Below, one piece after another: positions 47,773 to 58,140 of a DNA stretch of 64,000 bases. The notes beneath the pieces were generated by a model. That model worked only from the letters and a program-made list of their open reading frames with translations, was not told the DNA's origin and searched no databases. The DNA comes from Candidatus Zhuqueibacterota bacterium. GTDB lineage: Bacteria; Zhuqueibacterota; Zhuqueibacteria; Thermofontimicrobiales; Thermofontimicrobiaceae. The position numbers and the translations under genes were made by a program. Positions within the stretch are counted from its first letter, which is position 1. Every line of letters begins with the position of its first letter. The DNA is taken from the NCBI GenBank assembly GCA_049322915.1, contig JBMOPW010000007.1, forward strand, positions 116,236 to 180,235. Direction: 5' to 3'.

Positions 47773-47854
47773 CGCGTTATTTTTGGTGCAGAGCCAAATC
47801 GCTCGGCGCCAATGCTCCGGCTGAGGTGCGCCGGAGGCGATGCCCGAAAATACA

Positions 47855-47988
47855 TGATCGCGCTGTATATTCATCCGGCGCTGGCAACGACTGGGACGTC
47901 TGTCCCCGAATAGGCGCACCGTTCCGGATGATTATCCAGATCGATCGGTTAGCAGTTTTTGTGTCCTGCAAATGACTAAACAGTGACA
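47855..47988 (+). repeat. Dispersed ~134-nt multi-hairpin element, copy B
   Basis: Aligns to 19331-19463 from TGATCGCGCT to AAATGACTAAACAGT.ACA. Confidence 0.7.
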
Positions 47989-48012
47989 AAATTTTTTACA
48001 CGCTGATCCCGG

Positions 48013-48417
48013 GTGATGATGCAGAGGAATCAAAAGAAATCATTTTCAAGTATCTATGACTATATCGAGAGCCAGCCGGAAGACACGAAACGCGCTCTGT
48101 ATGAAGTAAGGGAGTGCATCCGTGAGGCAGTCCCTGATGTCATTGAAATGTTCAACTACGATATCCCGGCCTTCTCATTGGTGGAAAACGGGAAGCGGGA
48201 TCAACAGATCATGATTGCCGGCTATGGAAAACATGTCGGTTTCTATCCTCACCCGGAGACCATAACGCTATTCAGGGAAGAATTGAAAGAGTTTAAGCAG
48301 GGGAAGGGATCGGTGCAGTTTCCCAACAGCAAACCGATCCCGAAAGATTTGATAAAAAGGATGGTCACGAAAAGAAAAGAGATCGTAGTCGCCCAGATGC
48401 AAAAGAAACGAAAGTAG
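48013..48417 (+). CDS. DUF1801 (YdhG-like) protein
   Basis: IYDYIE, IREAVP...E.FNYDIPAF, KHVGFYP, GKGSVQFP...PIP.DLI. Confidence 0.88.
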   Translation: MMMQRNQKKSFSSIYDYIESQPEDTKRALYEVRECIREAVPDVIEMFNYDIPAFSLVENGKRDQQIMIAGYGKHVGFYPHPETITLFREELKEFKQGKGSVQFPNSKPIPKDLIKRMVTKRKEIVVAQMQKKRK

Positions 48418-48609
48418 ACAACGCCGCCTCTCCCTGAAGAACAGTTCTCTGCTGAGCCTCATTCTGCGTGCGGGTTATCGGCCGGCTCCGGCGGGGTGAT
48501 CGCTGCTGCTTTTACGAATACGGTAAAAACGGTTGGTCATCATCCAACGAAGCGAGTCCGTTATAGCAGCATCTCTGGCAAATTCAAACCGCAGTTGGTA
48601 CGTTCTGCG

Positions 48610-49587
48610 TCATTTGTAGTTATTGAGCTTGATCCATTTCAAGAGGTTTTTATTTCTCTCTTTCTCTCCTTTTCCGGCTAATACATCTTTCCAGTACTCG
48701 TTTTGCGCTGCAAGTTTGAGGTCGTTGGAAATGGACTCCGCCATCGGCTGGCTGCTGGCTTTATCCTGTTTGAAATCATGATCCAGTTGGATTTTGCACA
48801 AGGCCCGGTTAAATTCATAAATCGAATAGCCTTTTTCACCGGTTTGGTCGCGCACTTCGATTGCTTTGGTCAATTCCTTCTCTGCCCGTTCATAATCCGG
48901 ATTGGGCATGTCCTTGAGCGTGTAAGCGAGTTGGGCATGGTTGCGGTGATATTTGTCCTCTGTGTCGGTTTCAATCAATAGCTCAAAAATCGGGATGACG
49001 CTCCGGGCGATTTCCTCGTCCATTTCATTTTCAACGCGGAAGGCGCGCGCCTTCACGAATGCGGCCACGCGGACATTCTGCGATGTGCTTTTGAATTTTT
49101 CTTTCAACTCTTCCAGCGCTTTGGGGAACTCTTCCGGGTCGGGATTTTTGATCAACACTTTATCCAATAAATTGAGCACCCGGGCGTCGATATTGCCCTG
49201 AGTTTCTGTCTGTTTCAACCGCTCTTCGGTCTCTTTGGCTTTTTGTTTCGCCTCTTTCACCTCCTGAAGTACTTTTTCAGACAGGGTGGCAATGAACTTG
49301 CGGGAAGAAATGGCTGCCACAAGGCAGAAGCCGAAGAAGACCATGATCGTCGCCGGGTCTATTTTACTGAGATCGGCCAGATCGCTGGAGATCATCTTAA
49401 GAAAGAGCGGGACCAGCAACGCCGCCCCCATGCTGATGATAATGCTCCGGCGATAATTAGCAGCGATGACCTGTTTGTTCTGTTCTTTGCTCTCCTGATC
49501 GAGATAGTAGTTAATGATGCCGCCAAAAATGCCGGCAACAAGCATGATCAGGATGTGAACCGATAAAGCGAGAGACTTGGGATCCAT
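48610..49587 (-). CDS. YEATS-like-associating three-TM (YLATT-like) protein with coiled coil and TPR-like C-terminus
   Basis: IMLVAGIFGGIINY, GAALLVPLFLKMISS, FFGFCLVAAISSRKFI.TLSEKV; helical C-half (YHRNHAQLAY, YEFNRALC). Start moved to MDPKS after GAGG. Confidence 0.75.
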   Translation of the reverse strand: MDPKSLALSVHILIMLVAGIFGGIINYYLDQESKEQNKQVIAANYRRSIIISMGAALLVPLFLKMISSDLADLSKIDPATIMVFFGFCLVAAISSRKFIATLSEKVLQEVKEAKQKAKETEERLKQTETQGNIDARVLNLLDKVLIKNPDPEEFPKALEELKEKFKSTSQNVRVAAFVKARAFRVENEMDEEIARSVIPIFELLIETDTEDKYHRNHAQLAYTLKDMPNPDYERAEKELTKAIEVRDQTGEKGYSIYEFNRALCKIQLDHDFKQDKASSQPMAESISNDLKLAAQNEYWKDVLAGKGEKERNKNLLKWIKLNNYK

Positions 49588-50072
49588 GGCGCCGCCTCGT
49601 AATTCATGATAACCGTGAAGAGTTGACTCGCTGATTGTGTTTACAGGGTGTCTGGATATCCGCCTGTACATTTTGTTGAGTCGTGGCAGGAATTCAAAAT
49701 CATTCATAATATAGATGGGGATATTCAAAAAGTCAATCGAAAAAATGGATTTTCTCATGGGTTCACTCCGTTGATAAAAATTCAGGTTCGGGAAACAGGG
49801 CATCGCATTCCATGTGAGCGCCAATCTGAAAATGGGGTCGAAATGTTAATTGGAATGCCCGACCGATTATATTTTATCCGGTCCTGGGATGGGTGTTTAG
49901 CGCCCAATTCAGATGGCGCGATTCGATAAATCATCTGTGTGCATTGGGACGGCGTCGGATTATGGCTGGGAGACAGAGGTCGGGGCGGATTGTATCCAGT
50001 GGTGTGGCGCAGGTTTTTCCCCTGCGGAAACGGTTGTCCTTTCACTCTCATAACTCTCTATTTAAAAATCGC

Positions 50073-50101
50073 TTGACTCTTAAGATAATTTGTTGTAAAT
50101 T
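50073..50101 (+). promoter_or_regulatory. Putative sigma70 promoter of the HNH gene
   Basis: TTGACT-17 nt-TAAATT. Confidence 0.5.
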
Positions 50102-50151
50102 TACAAACATTTTTTTTAAAAAATGCCATAATTTAGTAACGATAAGCACCC

Positions 50152-50655
50152 ATGCTAAAATCTCAGGTACTATTACTCAATCAGAACTACGAGCCGATGA
50201 GTATTACCAATGCCAGGAAAGCGATGATACTGATTTACCTTGGCAAAGCGGAGATTATCGAAATGAATAGCGGGTATGTTCGGTCGGTGAGTAGAACGTT
50301 TCCACTTCCCAGTGTGGTGCGATTGACGCGGTTCATTCACATGCCGCGAAAGCGCATTGTTCTGTCGCGGAAGAATATTATCAAGCGGGATAATCACATC
50401 TGTCAATATTGTGGCGCTCACCTGAATCCGGTGACGATTGACCATGTGATTCCGCGCGTTCGCGGCGGAGAGGACACCTGGGAGAATCTCGTGTGTGCCT
50501 GTCTGAGTTGCAACAATCGGAAAGGCGATCGCACGCCGGAGGAAGCGGGACTGGTTCTGGTAAAGAAGCCGCAACGGCCAAATTTTATCTTTTTCATCCG
50601 ATACAACATCACCATCGTCGATGAAAGATGGCAGCCGTATTTGTACATGAATTGA
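50152..50655 (+). CDS. HNH endonuclease (McrA-like, stand-alone)
   Basis: VLLLNQNYEP, LPSVVRL, RDNHICQYCG, TIDHVIPR.RGG..TWENLVCAC..CNNRKG. Confidence 0.93.
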   Translation: MLKSQVLLLNQNYEPMSITNARKAMILIYLGKAEIIEMNSGYVRSVSRTFPLPSVVRLTRFIHMPRKRIVLSRKNIIKRDNHICQYCGAHLNPVTIDHVIPRVRGGEDTWENLVCACLSCNNRKGDRTPEEAGLVLVKKPQRPNFIFFIRYNITIVDERWQPYLYMN

Positions 50656-50757
50656 GTCGCGTGGGATTGGCGTTTCGATCCCGGTGGCCGCGTAATACCG
50701 ATCAGAGCGGCCGGTCGCGGAGCGAAACAATCCGGGTGTCAATCCCGGTCGCAGACG

Positions 50758-50794
50758 AGAAGTGCTTTCCAGCGGTGGAGGTGCTTCTTTTTTT
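50758..50794 (+). terminator. Probable Rho-independent terminator
   Basis: AGAAGTGCTTTCCA/TGGAGGTGCTTCT stem (several G-U pairs) followed by T7. Confidence 0.6.
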
Positions 50795-51076
50795 GGCTTC
50801 CGGAAAATTGAATTCCGGAGAGCTGCAGCAGGTCAGCCTCGATCTCTCGGATTTTCGGAGCATGAGGCGCCCCCAATAAATTTTGAATCGATACCAGATG
50901 GCGTTTTTGAGTGTCAGTCGATTTGGATGCGGTCTGACAGAAAGAATAACCTTAATTGAGCAATGAGCGAACAGCATCCAGTCATCAGCACTTACAAAAA
51001 TAATGATAGAAAAATTTGCATGGATTCACTCATTCGGTGATGGGATAATTCCATCTGAACATGCTGTTTTTCCTAT

Positions 51077-51132
51077 CGCTCAAAGCTGGCAGCCAAAAGC
51101 CAATAGCTAAAAGCCAAACGCCAAAAGCCAAT
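51077..51132 (+). repeat. Degenerate heptamer tandem repeat, about 8 units of AGCCAAA
   Basis: cgctcaa agctggc agccaaa agccaat agctaaa agccaaa cgccaaa agccaat. Confidence 0.75.
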
Positions 51133-51233
51133 TGCTCCTTTTATGAATAAATTTAAACGGATAGAACTTTGAACACATCGGCGCTTGAAGAGAAACGAAT
51201 CGAACAGCCGGGCAACACGGGAGACAGAGACAG

Positions 51234-52211
51234 ATGAAAAAGCGAATACTGAGCGGAATGCGACCAACGGGTAAGCTCCATTTGGGAAATTATGTGGGAG
51301 CACTGGAAAACTGGGTGAAACTTCAGGGCGAATATGAAAATTTTCATCTTGTTGCAGATTGGCATCTTTTGACCACCAGTCTGGATACATCAAAGATAAA
51401 AGAGAATACGCTGGATATGGTGATCGACTGGTTGTCCGCCGGCATCGATCCGGAGAATAGCCCAATTTTCGTTCAGTCGGAAATAAAAGAACACGCCGAG
51501 CTGTTCCTGCTGTTCTCGATGCTCGTCACGATTCCCCGGCTGGAACGGAATCCGACGGTGAAAGAGCAGGCCAAAGACCTGGGGATGGAGAATAATATGG
51601 TCTTCGGTCATCTGGGCTATCCGGTGCTGCAGGCGTCGGATATTTTAATTTACAAAGCGCATCTGGTCCCGGTGGGCGAAGATCAACTGCCGCACGTGGA
51701 ACTGACCCGTGAAATCGCCCGGAAATTCAACACGACCTATGGCGATGTGTTTGTGGTACCGGCCGGTCGCGTGACAGAATTCAGTCGGCTGCCCGGACTG
51801 GACGGTCGAAAGATGAGCAAGTCACTGGGAAATACGGTGCTGCTCTCCGATGCGCCGGAGGAGATAGCCAATAAAATCAAGCGCGCCATCACCGATCCGG
51901 CGAAAATTCGTCTTGGCGATCCGGGCAATCCCGAAGTATGCAATGTATTTGTGTATCATAAAAAATTCAATCCGGGTGAAGTCGAAGAAATCGAGCGGGA
52001 CTGCAAAAGCGGCGCGTTGGGGTGCGTTGCCTGCAAAAAGAATCTGGCGGCGATGCTGGCCAATTATCTGGAACCGTTCCGGGACAGGCGTCGTTTTTAT
52101 GAACAGCACATAGACGATGTCAGGCAGATCATCGAAAAAGGAAATTCAATGGCCCGGAAAGTCGCCGGTGAAACCATGGACGAGGTGCACAAGGTCATGA
52201 ATCTCGGTTAA
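51234..52211 (+). CDS. trpS: Tryptophan--tRNA ligase
   Basis: SGMRPTGKLHLGN, YPVLQASDI, VPVGEDQ, KMSKS. Confidence 0.97.
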   Translation: MKKRILSGMRPTGKLHLGNYVGALENWVKLQGEYENFHLVADWHLLTTSLDTSKIKENTLDMVIDWLSAGIDPENSPIFVQSEIKEHAELFLLFSMLVTIPRLERNPTVKEQAKDLGMENNMVFGHLGYPVLQASDILIYKAHLVPVGEDQLPHVELTREIARKFNTTYGDVFVVPAGRVTEFSRLPGLDGRKMSKSLGNTVLLSDAPEEIANKIKRAITDPAKIRLGDPGNPEVCNVFVYHKKFNPGEVEEIERDCKSGALGCVACKKNLAAMLANYLEPFRDRRRFYEQHIDDVRQIIEKGNSMARKVAGETMDEVHKVMNLG

Positions 52212-52213
52212 CT

Positions 52214-52942
52214 ATGGCGTATCGAATAAAACTACAGAATTTTGAAGGGCCCCTGGATCTGCTTCTTTTTCTGATAAAGAAGAATGAAGTCGACATCTAC
52301 GATATTCCCATTGCTGATATCACCAAGCAATACATGGAGTATGTAGAAATCATCCAGTTGCTGGATCTGGAGGGGGCGAGCGAGTTCATTCTATTGGCAG
52401 CGACACTCATTCGCATCAAAGCCAAAATGCTGTTGCCGCGCCCCAAGTCCGAGGATGACGAGGAGGAAGTGGTCGATCCGCGTCTGGAACTAGTGACACG
52501 GCTGATTGAGTACAAGCGATTCAAGGAGCTGGCGTTTAAATTATCCGACATCGAGGACGAACAGAGCAAAGTTTTTCAGCGCGGTTTTCTTCCGGATAAA
52601 GATGTGGAGTCCGAGGAAGGCATCGATCTGGATGCCGACGTCTCATTGTTCACACTCATCACTGTTTTCAGGCAGGTTCTGGAACGCATCCCAAAAGAGA
52701 CATTCCACCATGTCGAAGACATTCAAATCAGCCTGGAAGAGCAGATCGAATTCATCAATACGAATCTTCAGAGGGTCAATCAGATTTCATTCGTGGATCT
52801 CATTGCGCATATCCAGAGCAAGCTCATTGTTGTCGTTACTTTTATGGCGCTCCTGGAATTAATCAGACGCGGCGAAATTGTCGCTCGACAATCCATGCCA
52901 TTTGGCGAGATCTGGATCGTGAGGTCGCGTGATCGAATATAA
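52214..52942 (+). CDS. scpA: Segregation/condensation protein A
   Basis: FEGPLDLLLFLI, IYDIPI, IKAKMLLP, TFMALLEL. Confidence 0.95.
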   Translation: MAYRIKLQNFEGPLDLLLFLIKKNEVDIYDIPIADITKQYMEYVEIIQLLDLEGASEFILLAATLIRIKAKMLLPRPKSEDDEEEVVDPRLELVTRLIEYKRFKELAFKLSDIEDEQSKVFQRGFLPDKDVESEEGIDLDADVSLFTLITVFRQVLERIPKETFHHVEDIQISLEEQIEFINTNLQRVNQISFVDLIAHIQSKLIVVVTFMALLELIRRGEIVARQSMPFGEIWIVRSRDRI

Positions 52943-53582
52943 AGAAATGAAAAAAATTATTGAAGCGTTGATATTCGCATCGGATGGGCCCATCAGCGAC
53001 AATCGTATCACCAGCTCTATCGAAGAAATCGATTCACAGTACATCGCGGAAATCGTTGATGAGCTCAATCGCGAATACGAGGTGCAGCAGCGTTCTTTTC
53101 ACATCATCCAGGTCGCCGGCGGCTATCAGTTCGTCACGCGGACTGAATTTTCTCCCTATATCAAAAAGTATTACAAAGGTCGAAGCAAATCGAAACTGTC
53201 GCGAGCGGCGCTGGAAGCGCTGGCAATTATAGCGTTTAAGCAGCCCATCAGTCGGCCTGAAATCGATATGATACGCGGTGTGAACTCCGATGGTGTTGTC
53301 AAAAATCTGCTGGAACGAAATCTGATTCAGATTTCAGGCCGGTCCGACACAATTGGCAGGGCATTGCTCTACAGCACCACGACCGAATTTCTGCGCTATT
53401 TTGGCGTGAACTCGGTGGCAGAACTGCCCCGGCCCAGGGAGATTGAAGAGTTGCTGGGGAGCACCCAGGAGGAATTGCCCTTTGCGAACGATGAACTGGA
53501 AGGAGAAATTGTCGAGCATATTTCAGAACTGGACGGATCCGACACTGACGCGGAGGTGACAGGCGATGATGCGGGTGAATAA
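52929..53582 (+). CDS. scpB: SMC-Scp complex subunit ScpB
   Basis: IEALIFAS, VAGGYQF, LSRAALEALAIIA.KQP, IRGVNS, TTTEFLRYFG. Confidence 0.95.
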   Translation: MIEYKEMKKIIEALIFASDGPISDNRITSSIEEIDSQYIAEIVDELNREYEVQQRSFHIIQVAGGYQFVTRTEFSPYIKKYYKGRSKSKLSRAALEALAIIAFKQPISRPEIDMIRGVNSDGVVKNLLERNLIQISGRSDTIGRALLYSTTTEFLRYFGVNSVAELPRPREIEELLGSTQEELPFANDELEGEIVEHISELDGSDTDAEVTGDDAGE

Positions 53583-54273
53583 ATTCCTGGCTGCCTGCGG
53601 ATTGGGCTCGCGCCGCGCGTGCGAACAGTTCGTCCTGGCTGGAAAGGTGACCATCAATTCCCGGGAGATCACATCGCTATCGGAACTGGTCGACGAATCC
53701 GCGGATGTCGTCGCCGTGGATGGCAAACCTGTCGCGCTTCCTTCCAAATTCAGCTATGTGTTACTGCACAAACCGTCTGGCTCAGTCACCACTCGCAGCG
53801 ATGAATTGGGTCGAAAAACAGTGTTGGATTTATTTCCTCCGGAATTGCATCTGTTCCCGATTGGTCGTCTCGATAAAAATACCACAGGGGTATTGCTTCT
53901 CACCAATGATGGCAATTTCGCCCAGCGATTGGCGCATCCGAAATTCGCGATGGATAAGGTGTACCATATAACGGTTCATCGGCCGGCTCAGGATAAAGAG
54001 ATTCGAAAATTGAAGTCAGGAATCATGCTGGAAGATGGACAAACCCGACCGTGTCAGGCCAGGGCATTGGACCGGACTCATAAAAAATTGGAATTAATTT
54101 TGCATGAGGGTCGGAAGAGACAGGTGCGCAGAATGGTGGAAGCACTGGGTCTGCGGGTGATTCGCCTGTCGCGCGTGAAGTTTTCATTCCTCACGCTGGA
54201 CGGATTGAAGCCAGGTGAATGGCGGTACCTGACCGAGCGTGAAATCGAACGATTGAAGGCCGGCGGTCGGTGA
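53566..54273 (+). CDS. rluB: rRNA pseudouridine synthase (RluB/RsuA family)
   Basis: S4 domain (SRRACE), HKP, GRLD, LLTNDG, EGRKRQVRRM; follows scpAB. Confidence 0.88.
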   Translation: MMRVNKFLAACGLGSRRACEQFVLAGKVTINSREITSLSELVDESADVVAVDGKPVALPSKFSYVLLHKPSGSVTTRSDELGRKTVLDLFPPELHLFPIGRLDKNTTGVLLLTNDGNFAQRLAHPKFAMDKVYHITVHRPAQDKEIRKLKSGIMLEDGQTRPCQARALDRTHKKLELILHEGRKRQVRRMVEALGLRVIRLSRVKFSFLTLDGLKPGEWRYLTEREIERLKAGGR

Positions 54274-54338
54274 ATCCGTCTGACTGTGGGAAAACAGTCT
54301 GGCAGTCCGCGCTCATTCACTGAATTTTCTGGATAACT

Positions 54339-55022
54339 ATGGGGAACTCTGAAAACGTCATTGCCATCGATGGGCCGGCCGGTTCCGGGAAAAGCACCAC
54401 GGCGCGACTTGTCGCCGAACGTTTGGGATTTATGTTTCTGGACACAGGGGCAATGTACCGTGCGCTGACGTTGAAGGCGCTACGGGCTGGATTGAACGTG
54501 GCGGACGCGTCAGAAATTTCATCGCTCACGTCCACGACCAACATTGAACTTTTGCAGGAATCAGGCCGTTTAAAGGTCTTGCTGGATCGCGAGGACGTCA
54601 CGAAGGAAATACGAAGTACGGTTGTTTCAGGGAATGTGGCCAACGTCGCAGCCCATCCAGCGGTGCGCGAGTGGCTGGTGCACATGCAGCGCCGCCTTGG
54701 TTCCGGCGGAAACGTTGTCGCTGAAGGACGGGATGTGGGAACCGTGATTTTTCCCCGCGCCCGGCTCAAAATATTTTTAGTGGCGTCCATCGAAGAACGG
54801 GCGAAACGGCGGCACAAGGAACTCGCTGATAAACATCAATCCGAAGATTTCGAATCGCTCATCGCGAAAATCAAAGAGCGCGATGCATTGGACAGTTCCC
54901 GGCAGGTCGGCCCATTGAAACGCGCCGATGATGCGCTGGAACTGGATACGACTAACCTGACGGTTGAGCAGCAGGTTGATTTTATTGTCAATAAATGGAC
55001 ACATGAAAATAACAATCGATGA
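54339..55022 (+). CDS. cmk: Cytidylate kinase
   Basis: IAIDGPAGSGKST, LDTGAMYR, EGRDVGT. Confidence 0.96.
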   Translation: MGNSENVIAIDGPAGSGKSTTARLVAERLGFMFLDTGAMYRALTLKALRAGLNVADASEISSLTSTTNIELLQESGRLKVLLDREDVTKEIRSTVVSGNVANVAAHPAVREWLVHMQRRLGSGGNVVAEGRDVGTVIFPRARLKIFLVASIEERAKRRHKELADKHQSEDFESLIAKIKERDALDSSRQVGPLKRADDALELDTTNLTVEQQVDFIVNKWTHENNNR

Positions 55023-55881
55023 ATTTGCCGGATTCTGTCCCGGTGTACAACGTGTCATTCAAATAGCTGAACAGCGCTTAAACGAAGGAAAAAAAATAGT
55101 CGCATTGGGGTCGATAATTCACAATGAAAAAGAGATCGACCGATTGAAGACGATGGGATTGCGCGTCATTCCGCAGGAGCACTGGGCGTCGGATCCATCG
55201 TTCAAGGATCGACTGAACGGTGATTCGGTGCTGATTCGTTCCCACGGTGTGCCGCCGGAAATAGTGAATTATTTCGAGCAGGAGGGGATCCCGTTCATCA
55301 ATGCGACCTGCGCCAGGGTGGTCAGAGTGCAGCGCCTGGTTAAAAAATATGCAGACCGGGGTTACCAGATTGTGGTTGTGGGAAAACCGAATCACCCGGA
55401 AGTGATGGGGCTGCTTGGCAATGCGGGCGCTCTGGGCGTGTTGGTGTACAACCCCGAGGATATGGTCAGGGTGGATTTGAAAATGAAGACCCTGCTTGTT
55501 GCGCAAACGACGATCGATGAAGATAGATTTCAAAACTTCGCTATAAATCTTAAGAAAGGAATGAAGGAACTTGTTGTAACAAACACTATCTGTCCGGTGA
55601 TCAAATCGCGTCACACGCACATGGCGCAATTTGCACGCGCCCATGATGTGATTGTATTGATTGCGGGACCGCATAGTTCTAATTCACTGGTACTTTTTAA
55701 CTTATGTAAAACGCAAAATTCGCGCTCGTATTTCATTTCCGATGCCCGGGAATTGCAGCCGACATGGTTCGAAAATGCAGCGACCGTCGGGGTGACCGGC
55801 GGCGCTTCGACGCCGCGCTGGCAGTTGATTCAGGTGCGGGATGCAATATGGGACGAATGCAGCAAAAAAATTATTGCGTAG
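55003..55881 (+). CDS. ispH: 4-hydroxy-3-methylbut-2-enyl diphosphate reductase
   Basis: GFCPGV, IIHN, RSHG, ATC, HPEV, AQTT, TIC, SSNS, GASTP. Confidence 0.93.
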   Translation: MKITIDEFAGFCPGVQRVIQIAEQRLNEGKKIVALGSIIHNEKEIDRLKTMGLRVIPQEHWASDPSFKDRLNGDSVLIRSHGVPPEIVNYFEQEGIPFINATCARVVRVQRLVKKYADRGYQIVVVGKPNHPEVMGLLGNAGALGVLVYNPEDMVRVDLKMKTLLVAQTTIDEDRFQNFAINLKKGMKELVVTNTICPVIKSRHTHMAQFARAHDVIVLIAGPHSSNSLVLFNLCKTQNSRSYFISDARELQPTWFENAATVGVTGGASTPRWQLIQVRDAIWDECSKKIIA

Positions 55882-55894
55882 GAGGTATTGTTAA

Positions 55895-57952
55895 ATGGTT
55901 GATTTGAAAGACGATCAGACCCCGATTCAAGTGGGCGAGATCAACGAGCAAAAAACTGAGCAAGGAGGTGATTCTAAACTTACGACTTCAGAAAAATCGA
56001 GGAAAGATTTAGCTGAAAAAATGATCAAGTTGGAAGACCTCGAAGAAGAAGCTGAGTACTCCTCCGAGGAATACGATCAACTCTGCAAGCTGTACGAAGA
56101 CACGATCAGTGATTATGTCGAAGGCGAACTCGTGGTTGGTAAAATCTTAGCCATTGGCTCGAAAGACGTCACCGTTGACATCGGTTTTAAATCGGAAGGC
56201 ACCGTTCCACTGGAAGAATTCACCAATCTCAGTGATCTGAAAGTCGGCGCTGATATTGAAGTGTACATCGACAATATCGAAGATACGGATGGTCAGTTAG
56301 TCCTGTCCAAGAAAAAGGTCGATTTCATTCATAGTTGGGAAAAAGTTGTTTCCTCGTACGAAACAGGCGAAATACTTCAGGGAAAATGTACGCGGCGAAT
56401 CAAGGGCGGTATTGTTGTAGACCTGAACGGCGTGGATGCATTTCTGCCCGGCTCTCAGATTGATGTGAAACCCATTCGCGACTTTGATGCATTCATCGGC
56501 AGTACGTTGGATTTCAAAGTGGTGAAGGTGAACAACCTGAGGAAGAATATCGTTGTTTCGCATCGTGTGCTGGTTGAAGAAGAGATGAAAGGTCAGCGTC
56601 AAAAAATTCTTGAAAATCTTCAGAAGAGCCAGGTACTGGAAGGTACCGTCAAGAACATCACCGATTTCGGCGTGTTCATCGATCTCGGCGGTGTGGATGG
56701 ATTGTTGCATATCAACGATCTGTCCTGGGGGCGCGTCAGTCATCCTTCTGAAATTGTCTCCCTGGATGAGACAATCAAAGTGATGGTGCTCGATTTCAAC
56801 GAGGATAAAAACCGCATATCCCTGGGTCTGAAACAACTGCTGCCGCATCCATGGGAAAATGTGTCTGCGAAATATCCGGTCAGCCAGGTTGTCAAAGGCA
56901 AAGTGGTGAATATCTCTGATTACGGCGCTTTTGTTGAACTGGAGAAAGGCGTCGAAGGATTGATTCATATCTCTGAGATGTCCTGGACGCAGCACATTAA
57001 GCATCCGTCCAAATTGCTGGCCGTTGGCGAAATCGTCGCAACGAAAATTCTAAGCATTGACCAGCAAGAGAAGAAAATTTCGCTGGGCTTGAAGCAACTG
57101 GAACCAGATCCTTGGGACACGCTGGAAGACAAGTATCCAATCAATTCGCGGCATCATGGCAAGGTGAGAAATCTGACCAACTTTGGAGCGTTCGTCGAAT
57201 TGGAAGAAGGGATTGACGGATTGATTCACATTTCCGACCTGTCCTGGACCAAGAAAATCAGGCATCCGGGCGAAGTCGTGAAAAAAGGTGATGAGATCGA
57301 AGTCGTGGTTCTGAATGTGGACCGGGAGAATCGACGTATTTCTCTGGGCTACAAACAGATCGCGGAAAATCCCTGGAACACTTTCGAAGAGACATACAAG
57401 CCTGGTACTGTCATTAAAGGCAAAATCGTGCGGCTCATCGAGAAGGGTGTCATTGCGGAATTGCCCGAAGGCGTGGACGGATTTGTCCCGATGTCGCATT
57501 TAGCAAAGCCCAACCTGACCAAACCTTCTGATGGATATAAAGTTGGCGACGATTTGGATCTCTGCGTGATCGAATTCAATAAGTCGGTTAAGAAGATTGT
57601 CTTATCGGAAAAGATCGATTATGCCAGAAGTCTGATTGATGGCAAAGATGTTAAGGATAAAAACGCGGTCATCGCTGAAGTCGAAGATTTGTTCGGGGAT
57701 GAAGCGGCCAAACCGTTCGAAGAAACTGACCCAGCCGTAGCCGAGACAGCAATAGCGGAAAAACCGGCCGAAGCGACTGAACCAGTTGTTACTGCTGAGA
57801 CATCGGACATAGCGGCGGAAGCCTCTGGCGATGAACCCGCGGCGACAGAAGAAGTCAAGGACAAACCCAAGAAAAAAACAACAAGCAAGAAGACAACCAG
57901 AAAAAAAGATGATGAACCTGAAGCGGCTAAAGAAGAAGAGAAAAGTGAATAA
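55895..57952 (+). CDS. rpsA: 30S ribosomal protein S1
   Basis: Six S1 repeats (AFLPGSQID, GLLHINDLSW, GLIHISEMSW...) with acidic/Lys-rich tail. Confidence 0.97.
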   Translation: MVDLKDDQTPIQVGEINEQKTEQGGDSKLTTSEKSRKDLAEKMIKLEDLEEEAEYSSEEYDQLCKLYEDTISDYVEGELVVGKILAIGSKDVTVDIGFKSEGTVPLEEFTNLSDLKVGADIEVYIDNIEDTDGQLVLSKKKVDFIHSWEKVVSSYETGEILQGKCTRRIKGGIVVDLNGVDAFLPGSQIDVKPIRDFDAFIGSTLDFKVVKVNNLRKNIVVSHRVLVEEEMKGQRQKILENLQKSQVLEGTVKNITDFGVFIDLGGVDGLLHINDLSWGRVSHPSEIVSLDETIKVMVLDFNEDKNRISLGLKQLLPHPWENVSAKYPVSQVVKGKVVNISDYGAFVELEKGVEGLIHISEMSWTQHIKHPSKLLAVGEIVATKILSIDQQEKKISLGLKQLEPDPWDTLEDKYPINSRHHGKVRNLTNFGAFVELEEGIDGLIHISDLSWTKKIRHPGEVVKKGDEIEVVVLNVDRENRRISLGYKQIAENPWNTFEETYKPGTVIKGKIVRLIEKGVIAELPEGVDGFVPMSHLAKPNLTKPSDGYKVGDDLDLCVIEFNKSVKKIVLSEKIDYARSLIDGKDVKDKNAVIAEVEDLFGDEAAKPFEETDPAVAETAIAEKPAEATEPVVTAETSDIAAEASGDEPAATEEVKDKPKKKTTSKKTTRKKDDEPEAAKEEEKSE

Positions 57953-58002
57953 TGATCGCTGTGTGAATATGTTGTGTTGGAATATTGTTTGTTGATTTGA
58001 AT

Positions 58003-58044
58003 AAACCTCCCGAAGAAAGGCTGCATGAACTTCGGGAGGTTTTT
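58003..58044 (+). terminator. Rho-independent terminator after rpsA
   Basis: AAACCTCCCGAAG...CTTCGGGAGGTTTTT. Confidence 0.8.
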
Positions 58045-58140
58045 CTGTAAGTGGCGGAAATGGTCGATCACAACGAAGAAAGTATGATGACGGCAGCAGT
58101 CCGCGTCCCAAATTCAAGATGAAGTGGTGTCACCAATTTT

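Noticed and set aside
50152..50655. IscB/Cas9-like or HEARO RNA-guided nuclease
   Set aside because: 167 aa with no RuvC or PLMP segments; it matches the common stand-alone LNxxYEP HNH family.
50800..51233. T-box leader upstream of trpS
   Set aside because: No GGTGGxACCGCG T-box motif or terminator/antiterminator pair found.
58051..58067. tRNA-like GTGGCGGAAATGGTCGA
   Set aside because: Resembles a D-arm only; no anticodon arm, TTCGA T-loop or acceptor stem follows.
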